This document shows, one piece after another, positions 14,009-26,813 of a DNA stretch of 64,000 nt (position 1 is the stretch's first letter; each line of letters starts with the position of its first letter). The DNA is from Paecilomyces variotii (taxonomy: Eukaryota). The notes beneath the pieces are model-generated. The model saw only the letters and a program-made list of their open reading frames with translations, was not told where the DNA came from and searched no databases. The DNA lies in the NCBI GenBank assembly GCA_004022145.1, contig RCNU01000010.1; one strand, 5' to 3'. A program made the translations under genes and the position numbers.

Positions 14009-15053
14009 TTAATGATAGGAGAAGTTACCAATATCTAATAACACAACCAATGGCCCCCTATAGTGCGGGAGACCTCTACTTTCCCAGTCAAGCTCCCGAT
14101 CTCCATGCTCGTGAAGAAAATTCCTATTACAGTTCTTCAAAGTATCAATGAGCGCATGAACGAGATCGTCTCCTTTCGCGAGCCGGTCTGGGAACTCCTC
14201 CACGTGTCGTATGTGGTCAGCTTTAACGGAGAGATGGTGTCATCGAGATTTCGGCCCCAATAGCCTAAGTCTGGCTCTTTGCTCTCCTCGTTATAGAGGT
14301 AGTGGGGGTGGTAGGGTACCGACAGCGGGAAGAAGCATGGTTTCGAAGTGATAGGTTCGATGAGGGTACTATAGGAGATGGCAAAGCCGAAACTTATAAT
14401 CTTTAGATGGCCTGACAAAAGTAGAGAGAGAAATGTTAAAATGAGCTTGTCATGAAGAACCTGAAGTAACTCGTAATTTTGAATTGCTCGTTTGAGCATC
14501 ATAAGTACGACTGCTAAGACCGTTAGTACTTAAGCAGTTGCTCAGGTCATCTGCAACCACACTTGATACTGAGGTTATAATCAACAGTCCCCATGACAGC
14601 AAGGCAGACGGGAGGCGGAGACAGGACAGGCGCAACAGGAACAGAGACAGGAACCGGCGCGGAGCCAGGGGCGGCAACAAGCACCAAGGCAGGGGAACCG
14701 TCTCGACGGACAGGCGCACCAAGAACTGAACATCGGCCGGGGCCGAAACAGCTGGGGTTTCCCCAGTGGCTTCCCCAGAGGTGTCACAGTGGGTTGTTAT
14801 TATTTTCCTTGGTAAAGGCTGTAAGTAGTCTATCGACATAGGGGCGAGGATCGCGTCTATAGAGGCATAGGGTAAGTATGCCGCTGCGGAGGATGGAGTT
14901 AAGATATGCCCTTAAACTGTCGACCTCAGCGGATTGGTCGCTGTATATTCTGGTGTTGAATAGATTGTAGGCATGTTTTTGGGTGTTGTAAAGTTTAATC
15001 ACCAACTTCCAGAGCAGATTGGTGCGCATGGTTATTGATGTAACTGTCTGCAC
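14009..15053 (-). pseudogene. Fragmented hypothetical gene relic
   Basis: Protein-like segments in different frames (MRTNLLWKLVIKLY..., an APVPVSVPVAPV low-complexity tract, ...EPDLGYWGRNLDDTISPLKLTTYDTW/EEFPDRLAKGDDLVHALIDTL) are separated by stops and frameshifts. Confidence 0.4.
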
Positions 15054-15977
15054 TTCTGATATAAGGTAGACAGTTCTCAGTGGTTATGAGGTTAATGTCT
15101 GCACGCCGGACGTGGTCCCTATAGAGGAACAGCGAGGCTTAGGTATATTGCAGAGCTTTATCCTCTCTAAATGCTGCTGTGCCCGCAGTCCAGCAGATTA
15201 TGAAGCATAGACAGAATACAGACCCATGGCTGGGAAGTTTGTCCACAACCAGCCTCAACTTCAGACCTGATGCGGTTGAGGTGAAATTGCAATAGTTCCG
15301 GTGAACAGAGGCTGCAATGATCGATGGAAAGGAGATTCCGTTCCTTGAACTTTTGGAATCCTTTTCACTCATTGTGACATACTCAGAATTCGGACCGGGG
15401 ATTCAAGTCAGAGAAGCCTGTCGAATGAAAATCTCCGTTCTGTCCGCTGCTTCAGCAGCTTAAGCGCGCTATTTAATGTCAGCATATGCAGAGTATATGA
15501 CCTCTATAACTTACTTTTCTCCTGCAATTATCTCTGAGTGATGTTTCTTGCATTCGGATTCTCAGCTGCTGTCAGTAGTTCTGACCATCATTCGCATCCC
15601 AAGGTATGTACAATTCGCACTCCCAGTGGCCATGGCCGCGTCTCTTGCACTAACTGCACTGGCTTCTGTTACGCTTCTATAGATCTATATTAAATCATAT
15701 CCAGTCATGTGTTGATGGGAATAAGGTATATACGTACGGCTTTCTGGATCCCCGTAGGGCAACTAGACCACGCCATTATCGAAGCAGGAAGAACTTACCC
15801 AGGAGAAAACAAAGGCAGCCTTATACTGTCTCAGCTCCGCAAACCACATTTCATAAGATCCTTTGAGATCGTCTCGTGTTCTCTCCAGTCTGCCGTGGAT
15901 ACAGCAGATTCTCCTCTCTTCATTCGTGAGGCATTTCGGAAAGGAGGACATGACTATCTCTCGTGCCGTAAGGAAGG

Positions 15978-16454
15978 TCACATCTTGTTTTTATGTCTGT
16001 TGGCGAGCGTGGCTCTTTGCCTTTTTGCCGCTGTTGCCTTTTGCCCTGTCGTTTCCATCGGGAAGATCAGGTTCTTCCGGTGCGGTGCTGATAGCGCGGT
16101 GTAGATCGGTTGCATAGTCGGGTGAAAACAAGTATGAATCACACGACTGTATTGGGGCGGGATATCATTTCCAATCTTGCGCTTGCTGCCAAAAGGAATA
16201 CAGGAGAACAATGTGCGACGTATCATACACATCCCCATAACCAGGCCGATCAAGACACCAGCAGCAAGGCTGTCAACATCAGGAGAAGCAATAAACTTCT
16301 CAATAGTAGAGTGACTTAGCCGAAGGATCGCTGCAGGATCGTCATAAGGGACTTGGAAATGTTCCCAGCTTATAACCACCTCAGTGATGCTACCCGTGTT
16401 GTAGTAATCCTTGATGGGACTGATAGAGCGGATTAGAGTGAAAAAGGCGTTCAC
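15978..16454 (-). CDS. Hypothetical protein or fragment with one hydrophobic segment
   Basis: 158-codon ORF containing SLAAGVLIGLVMGMCMI. There is no clear ATG start, so it may be a relic. Confidence 0.3.
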   Translation of the reverse strand: MNAFFTLIRSISPIKDYYNTGSITEVVISWEHFQVPYDDPAAILRLSHSTIEKFIASPDVDSLAAGVLIGLVMGMCMIRRTLFSCIPFGSKRKIGNDIPPQYSRVIHTCFHPTMQPIYTALSAPHRKNLIFPMETTGQKATAAKRQRATLANRHKNKM

Positions 16455-16580
16455 TGAATTGTAGAAAGGCGTTGCGGCTTTTCCATCAACCGTGTTGTGA
16501 CCATGGTGTCAGTCGAATACTTCTGTACCCCATCTGATGGGGGCTATATAGTCATTTCAGTAATCATCGCCTGTATCAGC

Positions 16581-16874
16581 GTATGCTATCTGAAAGCTCG
16601 AGATTTCCGTTGCCATCAAGCCTGTGTATGGCTGCAAGCTCACGATCTGTGAGTAGGAAGCCATATCGTGCCTTATGCTGGACCATATACCAGTTCACTT
16701 GCGCTAAGGCCTATCTGAACTCTTTCCTGTCTTGATTACTGCCATACTCTAGTAGTGTGGACCATTTCCATGATGGCTTTAAGTCTCCAGGGGCGCGATT
16801 GGGCCTAGTAGATGGTGGGTCCCGATATACTTGGAAAAAGGCCGTGTTAGGGGTAAATCCATCGCGTATAGCGG
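16581..16874 (-). repeat. 294-bp internal fragment duplicated with the pseudogene at 61424-62218 (direct repeat of 61531-61824)
   Basis: An ungapped manual alignment shows 23 mismatches in 294 bp, of which 22 are transitions. It encodes the ...NRAPGDLKPSWKW...QVNWYMVQHKARYGFLLTD segment with an internal TAG. Confidence 0.95.
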
Positions 16875-17266
16875 TTGCAAAATATGTATATGAACAGCTT
16901 CAGAGAAGAGAAGAGAAGTTTCAGAGAAGAGAAGACAGTATAAAGATAAAGATCTTCGCAATGAAGTTAGAAGTCGCTTTTACCAAAATGAATGATGTTT
17001 AGTGTGATGTGTAGGTCCATATGCGGCCGTTATAAAATGATAGCTGAAAGTACCTGTTGGCAGGTACGGAAATACCTCGAGGATATAATACTTGTAGACC
17101 CCTATCTGTGTATAGTTCCGATAATCCCATCTCGAGGACAACAATGAGAAAGAAAGTAGTTGCGCTGGACCTAATAAAGAGCCAGGCTACTTATAGGAAT
17201 CAAACCAGCATAGGATAGTGTGAAAGTTCCATATACTAGTGTTAAATGATTAGCTGACAACGTTAA

Positions 17267-17743
17267 CTATCGGAACAATATATAGAGCGACTTACTATCG
17301 CCGACTGCAATGACTCGTGATGCACTTTCGGGAACCGCTGCAGCACACAAGCAACCTCGATGTTTCCGTTGAGTTCTGCCTTCAGGAGTCTTAGCATGGG
17401 CTGCCACCGCCTGGCTCTGTTCGAGCAGAAGCTCGGACAGAGCAGCGCGGCGGTGCTGGCCCGCTTGCAGAACGGGTTTCTTAACTGACTCTGGCCATTC
17501 AGGGAGATGTATAAACATATCTTTCTCCGCCCCGTTTCTGGAGCGTGCAACACTCAGCGCCTCCTTGAACGCCGCCTCCAAGTTCGCGGCACTATCCGTA
17601 TCGTCCTCAACAAAGGTCTTTAGGACTTTTTGAAAGTCATTCAAGTCCATGGTGGGAGTATAGGGGTCTCGTGTCTGAACTGTTAGGTCTAAGACCTCAT
17701 TGTGCCAGGGATGGTTCTGGTGTGTGGTCTGCACAGCACTCAA
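17267..17743 (-). CDS. Hypothetical protein (likely ATG ~17650)
   Basis: The ORF has helical, protein-like composition (MDLNDFQKVLKTFVEDD...AAFKEALSVARS). No family is recognised. Confidence 0.4.
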   Translation of the reverse strand: MSAVQTTHQNHPWHNEVLDLTVQTRDPYTPTMDLNDFQKVLKTFVEDDTDSAANLEAAFKEALSVARSRNGAEKDMFIHLPEWPESVKKPVLQAGQHRRAALSELLLEQSQAVAAHAKTPEGRTQRKHRGCLCAAAVPESASRVIAVGDSKSLYILFR

Positions 17744-19200
17744 AAAGCCCGGCTATTGCTGAAGGCCACCAGGAAACTCCAAATCGTGTATGGCGCTTGA
17801 TTGTGTATGGTACGGGCTGGTTTCGAGATTCGGCGCCGGGGATTCGACTAACTTCTTCGGGTCGACATGAGGCATTTCGAGAGATTTGTTTTTCTAGACG
17901 ATGAAGCATCCTGAGTTAGCAGGCTATCCTACTACAGATTATAGAGAGCGTGTACGGACTAAGGAGTGAGCAATGAGAGCTTAGCTTGAAGGCTAAGAGC
18001 AGGGCCAAATGATGAAGACGATTGCGTCGTCTATGTCCGTGGTACATTGTGTATAACTTATGATTGAGCACGACTCGGAATAATAGTTCATAAGACACAG
18101 TATAACTGCGAGGATAGATCAAGAAGAAGATAACAGACACTCCTGTGCAGACCAAGTCCGTTCCACTATAATACGATTCACAAATTTCATCACTGCAGAC
18201 AGTAGAAAGGTCATCGATACATAGAGACAACCCGTTGAAGACGGTGGCCTTCAAATATGCGTTCAATATCACTAAATATACTAGAGGCTATATCGGAAGA
18301 AATATCTTCTAGATCCGACACTACTTCGTCTTTATCGGCCGTTTATGGATTGTTCAATGAACATGGAAGTAAGTTCTGCTTGCTGCTGTTTTAAGAAGTG
18401 GGAAGGACGAGAGAAGCAAGGGAAGAGAAGGGGGGGGGTAATACTACGAAGATAAGTGCCGATTCCATCTTCTTCTCCCTTGTGAATGTCATCATAAGGG
18501 GAATGGACTTTCCGGCTGAATCAATTACCCACGCCAGCAATTCATCTCCATCTAATGGTGGGGTTTCCGTGAACAAAGATGGTAAATGAATGTCGGGTTT
18601 CAATCTGGCAAGGTTCTACCGTCGGAATACTCCGATATGTAGAGTTTTCTCAATCAATTCAATGCTGCACTCTTTGGTGAAGCAGTTGCGCCATGTTTAG
18701 GATACTACTACAGAATCAGCTGGTGAATGATCATGGTTATGAGGTCTGGAGTACTCCCGAGCTGAGGACCGTTACGTATCTACTTACACCACGCAGAGTG
18801 GTACTTAGTTTTAAGTAAAAAAGTAGATAAGTTCGCCTAGCAATTTTGGACTGTCGGCTTCCTCATTGTGGCGCAATCCGCCCGAATGACTATCTACAAA
18901 GCAGATAAAAGTGATTTCGGAGGGAAAAGATCTCGATTTACATGCTGGTAGTATATTACTGGGAACCGACATGAAAAAGTTAGACAAACGAAATCATGCC
19001 CCTGTTGTCTTGCTGACAGTGATGCTTTGAGCAGTGGTATGATGATGCTGAGAAGGATAATAATAATGATAAACCGCCGACCTGCGCGAGCAAAAAGTCC
19101 ACATAACCCCATACACCGTTGCTACATATAAAATGAAACGAAAACGATTGACTTGTTGCAATGGGAAAGCAAGGACTCGGGAACTGCCATCTATAGACGG

Positions 19201-20543
19201 CTACCGGGCCTTGATTTTAGAGCCTTTGCTGGCTGCTGTTGCGATCGCATCGTCGTCAGAGACCTCGGACAGATCAGTCTCGAGTCCTTCCTCTACCTCT
19301 GCCTTTCCCTTTCTCATCTTGGTGATGCGTCGCTGCCAGCCCCACAGAACAGGCAGGAAGTGCCAAAGATCGAACTCTGGCCACAGGACCTCTAGAAAGA
19401 CGATCTCTGTGTTCTGGTGACATTGCCATAGCATAAAATCACTCAGGCGCTCCACACCGGACGTGCGAATGAGCAGGTCCAGCGGCGGATCATCCTTGGT
19501 AAACATATGGTCTGTAAGAGTTTGGGGCGTGATAGTCTCTGGTGAAACATACACAGCTGTCTCCAAATCAGAGCCTTTACCGGAATTGGCCTCTTGCTGG
19601 CCCGAAACGAGATGCAGCGTCGTGGAGGATGAGAACGAGGATGCGGACTCGTAGATAGTCTCTTGGGCGAGATCGCGCTTGGTGTCTTCTTGAGAGGACG
19701 TGGATGAAGAGGATTCAGCGTCGCTATTTTGATCTTGCCCTTTGGAATTGAGAGCATGTGCGCGGATGTTGAATGCAATATGAGACTCTGAGAAGGGAGT
19801 GCGCGGGCTTTGAGCGGAACGGACGGGATCTAGGGGCTTGCTGTAGTCGACAACGGTGTCTCGGATAGCAGACGTAATTTCGTCTCTCGACGTATACGGG
19901 AAGCAGATATTCAGAATCCGGTCTCCGTTGCGACTGGTCAGTTCAACAGCCCGGTCGACAGCCGCGAGGACGTCCGGCTTGAGCATCTCTCGTCGACCCA
20001 GGACCCGAACCTTAGCTCCGTAGCGGTCGAGGAGGTCTCCATGCTGTGCTAATTGCGACAGCTTTATCTTGGCAATATCCATCAATGCGTCGACTTCGAA
20101 CTTTGAGCGCTTGAAGTTCTCGATACTGAATGCGTATATAGTTACCACCTTCACACCGCTTTTATAGCACACTTCAAGGATCTAAGTAGTAGGGATTGTC
20201 AGCGCAGGCCAAATAAATTATACAAAGGTCGGATTTCGAGAATTCGACCATCCTTTGCACGCTCTGCAAGAAAAAAGAAATTCTTGTACGGTAGCAAGGG
20301 CGACAAGGACCAACTCACTCTTGCTAGTGATTCAAACCCCAGATTGTGACCTTCGACTGTCTCGATGCGGTGACTCCTAGCAAATCTTCGATTCCCATCC
20401 ATCACAAATGCAACATGTTGTGGGACAGGGCCCTGCTTGACAGCGCCGATCAACAGTTCCCGGAGGTTGGAAAGCAGAAACTCGATAGGCGGGGAGGCTA
20501 GAAACCATTTTCGCAGCTGCGACAGATGCAGAGAGGCAGCCAT
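19201..20543 (-). CDS. RER2: cis-prenyltransferase / dehydrodolichyl diphosphate synthase catalytic subunit, 2 exons
   Basis: Motifs PQHVAFVMDGNRRFAR, VTIYAFSIENFKR and DLLIRTSGVERLSDFMLWQ; intron 20182-20318. Confidence 0.93.
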
Positions 20544-23317
20544 TGTGTTGAATAAAATATAGAGACGATGCTATTGCTTCAAGGGCGACGTTCGACGAGC
20601 GGTGTGCGCTGAAGAAGGTAATGGAAGGACGGAATAAAGAGGTAGGAAGTGATGCAGGCAGTTGCGTACACAGCTCCGTGCAATTGGATTGAGCGCTGCT
20701 TTCTTCACCAAGAGCTATAGTGAATCTGAGTGATTGTAATTATCTCTAGACAACAACTGTCTGCTGGAGTAGTATTAGGTCGGGCGAGTCGGAGAAATCA
20801 CGCGAGATGGGACGGAAAGAAAAGGTCGACGGAAGGGACCGTAACGATGGCTAGCAGAAAAACCAAGGTAAAAAGCGCTATGCCAGTATAACGGAGGAAA
20901 AGGGATTGACTGCTAAATAGAAGATATTCGAGGAGCGTCCATCCGTTGATGGAGCTGGGATCTCGAGGGCTGGTTGATGTCGAGCAGCGCAAGTGTGAGG
21001 CTGATGGATGATGTACCGCCGTTTCGGAGCGTCACTACGTGTTCCTTCTACGGTCTCGGCTCGACGTCAGCTGCCGCGCTGCTCGTCTTTGAATTTAACA
21101 CGAGAACGAGGTCATGGGGACTGGTTTTCCTTTACATATAAAATGTGAGTACCTGCGAATTTGACGCTGAAGGCATTTTCATGTCATTTCCATCACTTTA
21201 CTATCGTCTACCCACGTGACTTTCCGGTCCCTCCCAGCGTCATCTCGACATTCAACGTCCAACAGGTAACATTCGTTTCTGAGAGGTTCTGGTTCCAGGT
21301 CATGATATGGATGATGGATGTTCCTGCAGATGAGGTTGTGCGGAGGGAGGGACAATACTTGCTGGAATAGTTTCTTGAGGTCTGGTCGACACCGCATTGG
21401 ACATGCAGAGGAGTGGCTGTATTCCAAAGCACATGTAGTTGGTGTATCCCGAGAAAGAGAAGCTGCCACAGTCTGCTTGCTGCCTTGTCCACTATCGTAG
21501 TACGTACTAACAAACATCGGAAGCCTTGGAGGTACATACATAGTAAGTAGTCCTGCCAGGATCTTAATAATGGTTACACTAGTTTACTTAGATACTGAAG
21601 CTCAAAGCCGGCGTTGCTGATGCTCAGACGCCACGGCCCTGTGGCAGGCTCCTGCATGGTGTGTAATTATGTGATCTGCTTTACATGTGAGCATGGAAAC
21701 ACCAAGGTGGTGTTCTGAAGTTGGTACGTACCTCTGAGTGCTATAGGAACAGGTTCGCTTTTTTATCCTCGAGATACGACCGTGGATTATTCGCGTGACT
21801 CGAACGCGATGCCTTTCAGCTAGCTAATGGGAATCATAACCATTCTACACACGCAATTTTAGCTATAATTTTGATTTGGGATCTTCATTAGACTGCAACT
21901 AAGATCTAGAATAGCACACTACCTGGTTTGATCTAGGTCTTTTCATGTGAAAACCACAGAGTGCAGACAACAGAGCGCTCTAATTCTAAACGGCAGTAGT
22001 AGTTATCAGACGATCTCTCTCTCTCTCCAACTAACTGCGATGCATAGTTATGAAACACTTCTTCCCCATTAGTGTCCCCTAATGAGAAAGGCATAGATAA
22101 GAATAGTATCACCTCGGTAAAGGATGCTGCTATATGAAGCCATCCAGAGGATTGTGAACGATCGGGAATTCAGTATTATGATATAGAAGGCCGAAATTAG
22201 TCTTCGCTTGGCTAGTGAAGGTCAATAGTAATACATATTAATACATATTTGTCTTGGTTGGCCTCCTTTTAAACCATGGTCGACTTTAGTTCTGGCTACA
22301 TACACTTATGTTGATAGAGAATAAAATCATGATATACTTACTTCGTAGATATTGCCCAAGAATCAATCTTTACTGGTTCCTAGGCATGAACCTGTGAATA
22401 AACAATAAAAACCATTTGAGCACCAGAACCAAACCGGATGGAGTGTGATCCCTATACCAAGCTTCTATTCCGGACTCCAATCCTTGACAGTTACATCTTT
22501 CAAGCACTAAATAACAGCCGACATGATTTGTGCCCGGTTATCAATTCCGCTCGGGTGGCTTCAGCGGGCCGCTCCCCTTGTGCCAAGGCCTCAATCTGTA
22601 CTACAATTACATGGCCCCAAAATCGCCTCTATCTCTCTCCGATATAAAACCGAAGAGTAACTTATCCGGGATTTCCCTTAGACTATCCCTCTCACAGGGA
22701 AGTAGTAACTAGAGAAACTGGCGTCGTAATGCAGTTACGTAGCTCTCATGTCCGAACCTAGCTAGCTAAGCTCTGAAACTTACGATTCAAGCTTCTGATG
22801 AATCGAGGCACCGACTCGGATCTAATGCAACCTGCAACCTGCAACCTAAAAAAAAGGCGAGCATTCATCAGCCGATGGCGCAGACATAAAATCATAGTCT
22901 AGCCCCCCCCTCCCCTCATCTAGATCATTCTCTCTCATCCAATTGATTGAGAATGTGTCTGGGTTGGTAGGGATTTAGGACACCTTCAGGGATACATACT
23001 ATGGAGTTATCTTCTATCCATTGCAGGGTTTGATTGATAGCGATTCAGCTCCTAAGAGGAGGGATTGAAATGTGATATAGCATCATCAGACGGTATGTCA
23101 ACGCCAATTATCAGGCGTAGATATGGTCGAGCTAGGATGGTAGTGTGATAGGAAATGACGTCGGTAAATACCTAGAGGGAATTAACTGGGCTTCTTGAGC
23201 TATAAGATATGGGGTTTTTGTTCTGCTGATATTCTCGTTATTCTTTTGCATCGAGCAATTCCTAGAACCAACCCCTTGACTTAATTGAGTGAAGTTATTG
23301 TAGTATCTGCTACAATC

Positions 23318-23981
23318 ATGTCTGCTGAGATCTACTACCTGCCCTCGGTAAGTTGGTACCAATACGCAGAAAGAGTTACTTATCACCCCACGTTTCGCTA
23401 TCGCTGACCCAATACTTAAATCGCAGGGCTGCAACTGCGATGGTAAGTGATTTCAACAGCAAAACACAACAAGAGGGCAAGAAGAAAGAACTAGACTCGA
23501 GATCTATCATCCAACTATCCAAAACATGCATAACTAACTAACAACTGAACTTCTCACAGGAACCGGCTACACTCGCACCGACATCCAAAATGCCGCCGAT
23601 AAAGCCCTCTTTCTAGCCTCTCAGCACCAAACTCTAGGTCGCGACAAATATCCTCATGCCTACAACGACTACGAACATTTCAGCTTCAAGCACGCTCAGA
23701 AGCCCTATCTCGAATTTCCCATCGAGCGAAACGGAAAGACCTACGATGGCGGTTCTCCTGGTGCCGACCGCGTCGTGATCGGTAGTATTGCCGAGGACTA
23801 TTCCAGCGCGGTCTTTTGCGCTGTTATTACTCATGATGGGTCGACGAATAATGGATTTACGGAATGTCAGGATGACACGATGAATGTGCGGGGTAAGGGC
23901 AAGTATGAGCCCAGCGAGAGCGAGTACGACAAGAAGCATCATCATCACCACCGGAAGCTGTTAGACAGAATCGATTTGTAA
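23318..23981 (+). CDS. Fungal guanyl-specific ribonuclease (RNase T1/N1 family), no signal peptide, 3 exons, ~155 aa
   Basis: Exons 23318-23347, 23427-23442 and 23560-23981 give MSAEIYYLPSGCNCDGTGYTRTDIQNAADKAL...KYPHAYNDYE...YLEFPI...SPGADRVVIG...FCAVITHDG..NNGFTEC. The residues equivalent to RNase T1 Tyr38, His40, Glu58, Arg77 and His92 are present. Confidence 0.9.
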
Positions 23982-24365
23982 GGGTCGTGGGGATGCTGGG
24001 GAATTCGCTGTGAAAATGACTTATTACGGACTTTTATGAACCTAGTCCGGAGGCTGAAGGAGCTCCAGAGTAACAGAATATAGGGGGCTATGCACGTTGA
24101 ACTAGAATAAACTTGCAAATTTAAGATCAATTAATCTCTCCCTCTGCTGGTTATGACACGATCCCTAAAACTCAAGAGGTATCGGATTTCAATATTTCTT
24201 CAACCATCCAAACATCATCAGCGTAAGCTACCGCATTTACATAGAACGCCGAACACCACCGCTATGACTTGAGCGCAAGGAAATGTTTCCCCGAAACTCA
24301 AAAAGTAGAAGTGTGAAACAGTACAAGCAGCGGTAGGAAATTTTGACACGCTCTGCCAGAACCCA

Positions 24366-26813
24366 TTAGATATCTTTTTTGCCTTCTTCGCTTGGCGGCG
24401 TGTCTGTCCCGGAACTTGCCAACTCCCAGCCGGCATCCTCGCTGCGTCTGCGCCTCCGCTGGCCACGCTCTCTCATGGCATCGCGGATCTTCATGCTCAC
24501 GTCCTCAAAGTTATCCTTTGTGGTGAATGCCTTCAATTGGTGACCGGAAGACCCAGGCCGGCCGCCCCTAGAACTGCTGCGGCTGCGGCTGCGGCTAGGC
24601 GGGCGTGTCGAGAAGAAACCAATATGAGAGAAGTTATGGAAAGACTCGTTCCTCGGGAGAGGTTCTTGTGACACGGTTCCTTCCCCGATGTCACCAGTGG
24701 TAGCACTCCTCTTGATCGTAGGTACATTGGGCAATCGGCGGTCCGGTCTCTCCACATCAAGCCTGTGATCACCGTGGGAGTCACGGAAGGGGTCTGCTAC
24801 AATACGCGCAGCATCGAAGTCGGGGAACAGCTCAGGACCCAGCGTATTGATGAGATCCGTGACTTGCCGGGAAAGTTCTTCTCGTCGCTGTCGGAGTCTC
24901 ACCAAGGTGTTCGCAGATGTCGGGTTAAGGGATAAGACGAGAGGCCGTATGGACTTGAGGATATCCATGCCAATCTCACCGATTCGCAGAGCTGCGAATG
25001 TTATCGACGGGAAGAGGACGACCCCAATAAGAACAACAAGCCACAACGGGACCCATTCCGGCACATATCCTTGAATACGGTTCCGATATGTCCAGTATGT
25101 AAACATGGTGGTGTAAAACGCATAGAGAGCTGGAGCAAACGCCAACCCGACGAGGAGCTTCCAGGTCGCCATCACGTCACGACCTTGTAGCTTGACTGTA
25201 GATGCTGCCAGAGCCTCCTTGGATTTCTTCGCTGAAATTACTTTCGTGGCCACGAAGACGGGAGCAAACAGAAGTAAACCAGGCAACGTGCCGATAGCCA
25301 TGATGGCGATCTTGATCAGACGATAGAACAGAGTGAAGACCACCTGGAGGATCGAGAACTTTGCATACTGGACTTGATGGTCACGAATGCCAAGGAGGCG
25401 CAACTGTTTGTTATAATCCGCAACGCCTTTTCTCAAGTTCACAACCCGTGGATCATCCTGGAAGTGCGTATAACCCTTAACGAGACGGCGATTAAGCTCG
25501 ACCACCATTGGGAGAGGCATCTTCTTGCCTTTGGTGTTGTACAAGCGGCGCGCAGCTTGGATAACCTGGTCCCAGTTAGCGCCTAGTCCCAAAGTCCACT
25601 TCAGAGAGATCATACCATCAAAGTTTCATAATCCGGGCTAGTGACAGTGACTGCTAAGAGAGACTGATAGATCGTGTCCAACAACGCACTGACGGCTTCA
25701 CGTCGCTCTCCTCTCTTGTATTGGTCGACCATCTCCCGTGGAATCTCAATGGGGTTTCCAAACTCGACCACGGCCCTGGAACGAAACTTGTGCGCGTGGA
25801 AATAATTCATTCCGCAAGGTACAATCTTCAAGCCACAATCAGGATCCTCCGCGAGGGTACCAAGTGCCATGAGGGCCACACCAGCTGTAAATCAAAGATC
25901 AGTAAGAGCTATCTTGGCGAGAGTAAACCGTTAAAACGTGGCGAAACGTACCCTTCAGTGGAAGCAGCTGCGGACGATCATGACTACCGCCCTCGGGAAA
26001 GATACCGACACAACCACCTGCACGGAGCCTGGCAAATACTGCTTCGTAGACCGCAGACTGATCCACATGAGGAGCAACCTTGAACTTCGTCCCTTTGAAC
26101 TCCGAGATGTCTTGGCCAGACTTATCATCCGTGGACTTTCCATCATCTGTGATATCGTTCTTGCCTGTCAATTGGAACAGAGCGTCTGGGTGCGTGAATG
26201 GTTTCTTAATGACAAGTTCCTCCGGTCCGCGGATTTCTGCAATATGTGCGGTGTGTGCTGTGCCATTGATCGTGGGCAAAGTGATGGTTCCCTCTCGCTC
26301 GTACTCGGGTGCTTCGAAGTTGGTGCCGATTCCTCGGATTAAGGTAGGTTGGTTGACGGGGTCCGGCATATAGATGGTGCCCTGACCAGGCTTCATGCTG
26401 TCCATTGCTCTAGCTACCGGCACTGCACCGATTCCTCTCGACAATAGTCCAATGAACTTCCGTTTGAAGGACTTCTCCGCAATGAGCCATGAGATGCGAC
26501 GATGCGCTTCACTGCGGACCACACGCATCAGGATCAAGGAATCGACAAACTGGTGGATTTGAGGTCAGCAATTCTAGTTTTCACATATAGCCACGTCGAA
26601 ACTAAATTATTGCTGCTTGGGGCGAGGAGGAATATCTACCTGGTTCGCATGAGGAGCCGCAACAATGATCATGGGTCCTCTTCTGGGGATCTTCCACGAA
26701 CCCCGTGGATGGACCTCCCGGAAGAAAAGATCCACGAGTACGGAGAATGTCCATAGCACAAGATCATACACCCAGCCAATCTGGCGTGGGATGTACGGTT
26801 GTTTCTTCGCCAT
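24366..26813 (-). CDS. SCT1: Glycerol-3-phosphate/DHAP O-acyltransferase (Sct1/Gpt2 family), multi-exon
   Basis: Acyltransferase motifs APHANQFVD (across an intron), IFPEGGSHDR and IVPCGMNYF, plus C-terminal TM helices. ORFs 26607-26813, 25899-26537, 25610-25879 and 24366-25613 join through GT-AG introns. Confidence 0.93.

Noticed and set aside
12843-18438. C9 run at ~12843 and G9 run at ~18430 flanking the relic tract as possible terminal inverted repeats
   Set aside because: Complementarity barely extends beyond the homopolymer, and there is no target-site duplication or transposase.
21179-21541. Small minus-strand ORF upstream of RER2
   Set aside because: There is no recognisable domain or supported gene model; it could be a small gene but cannot be supported here.
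412-22847. Short simple repeats: (AAT)n near 412-438, (CT)n near 22014, (GCAACCT)3 near 22827
   Set aside because: These are ordinary microsatellites with no spacer structure, not CRISPR-like.
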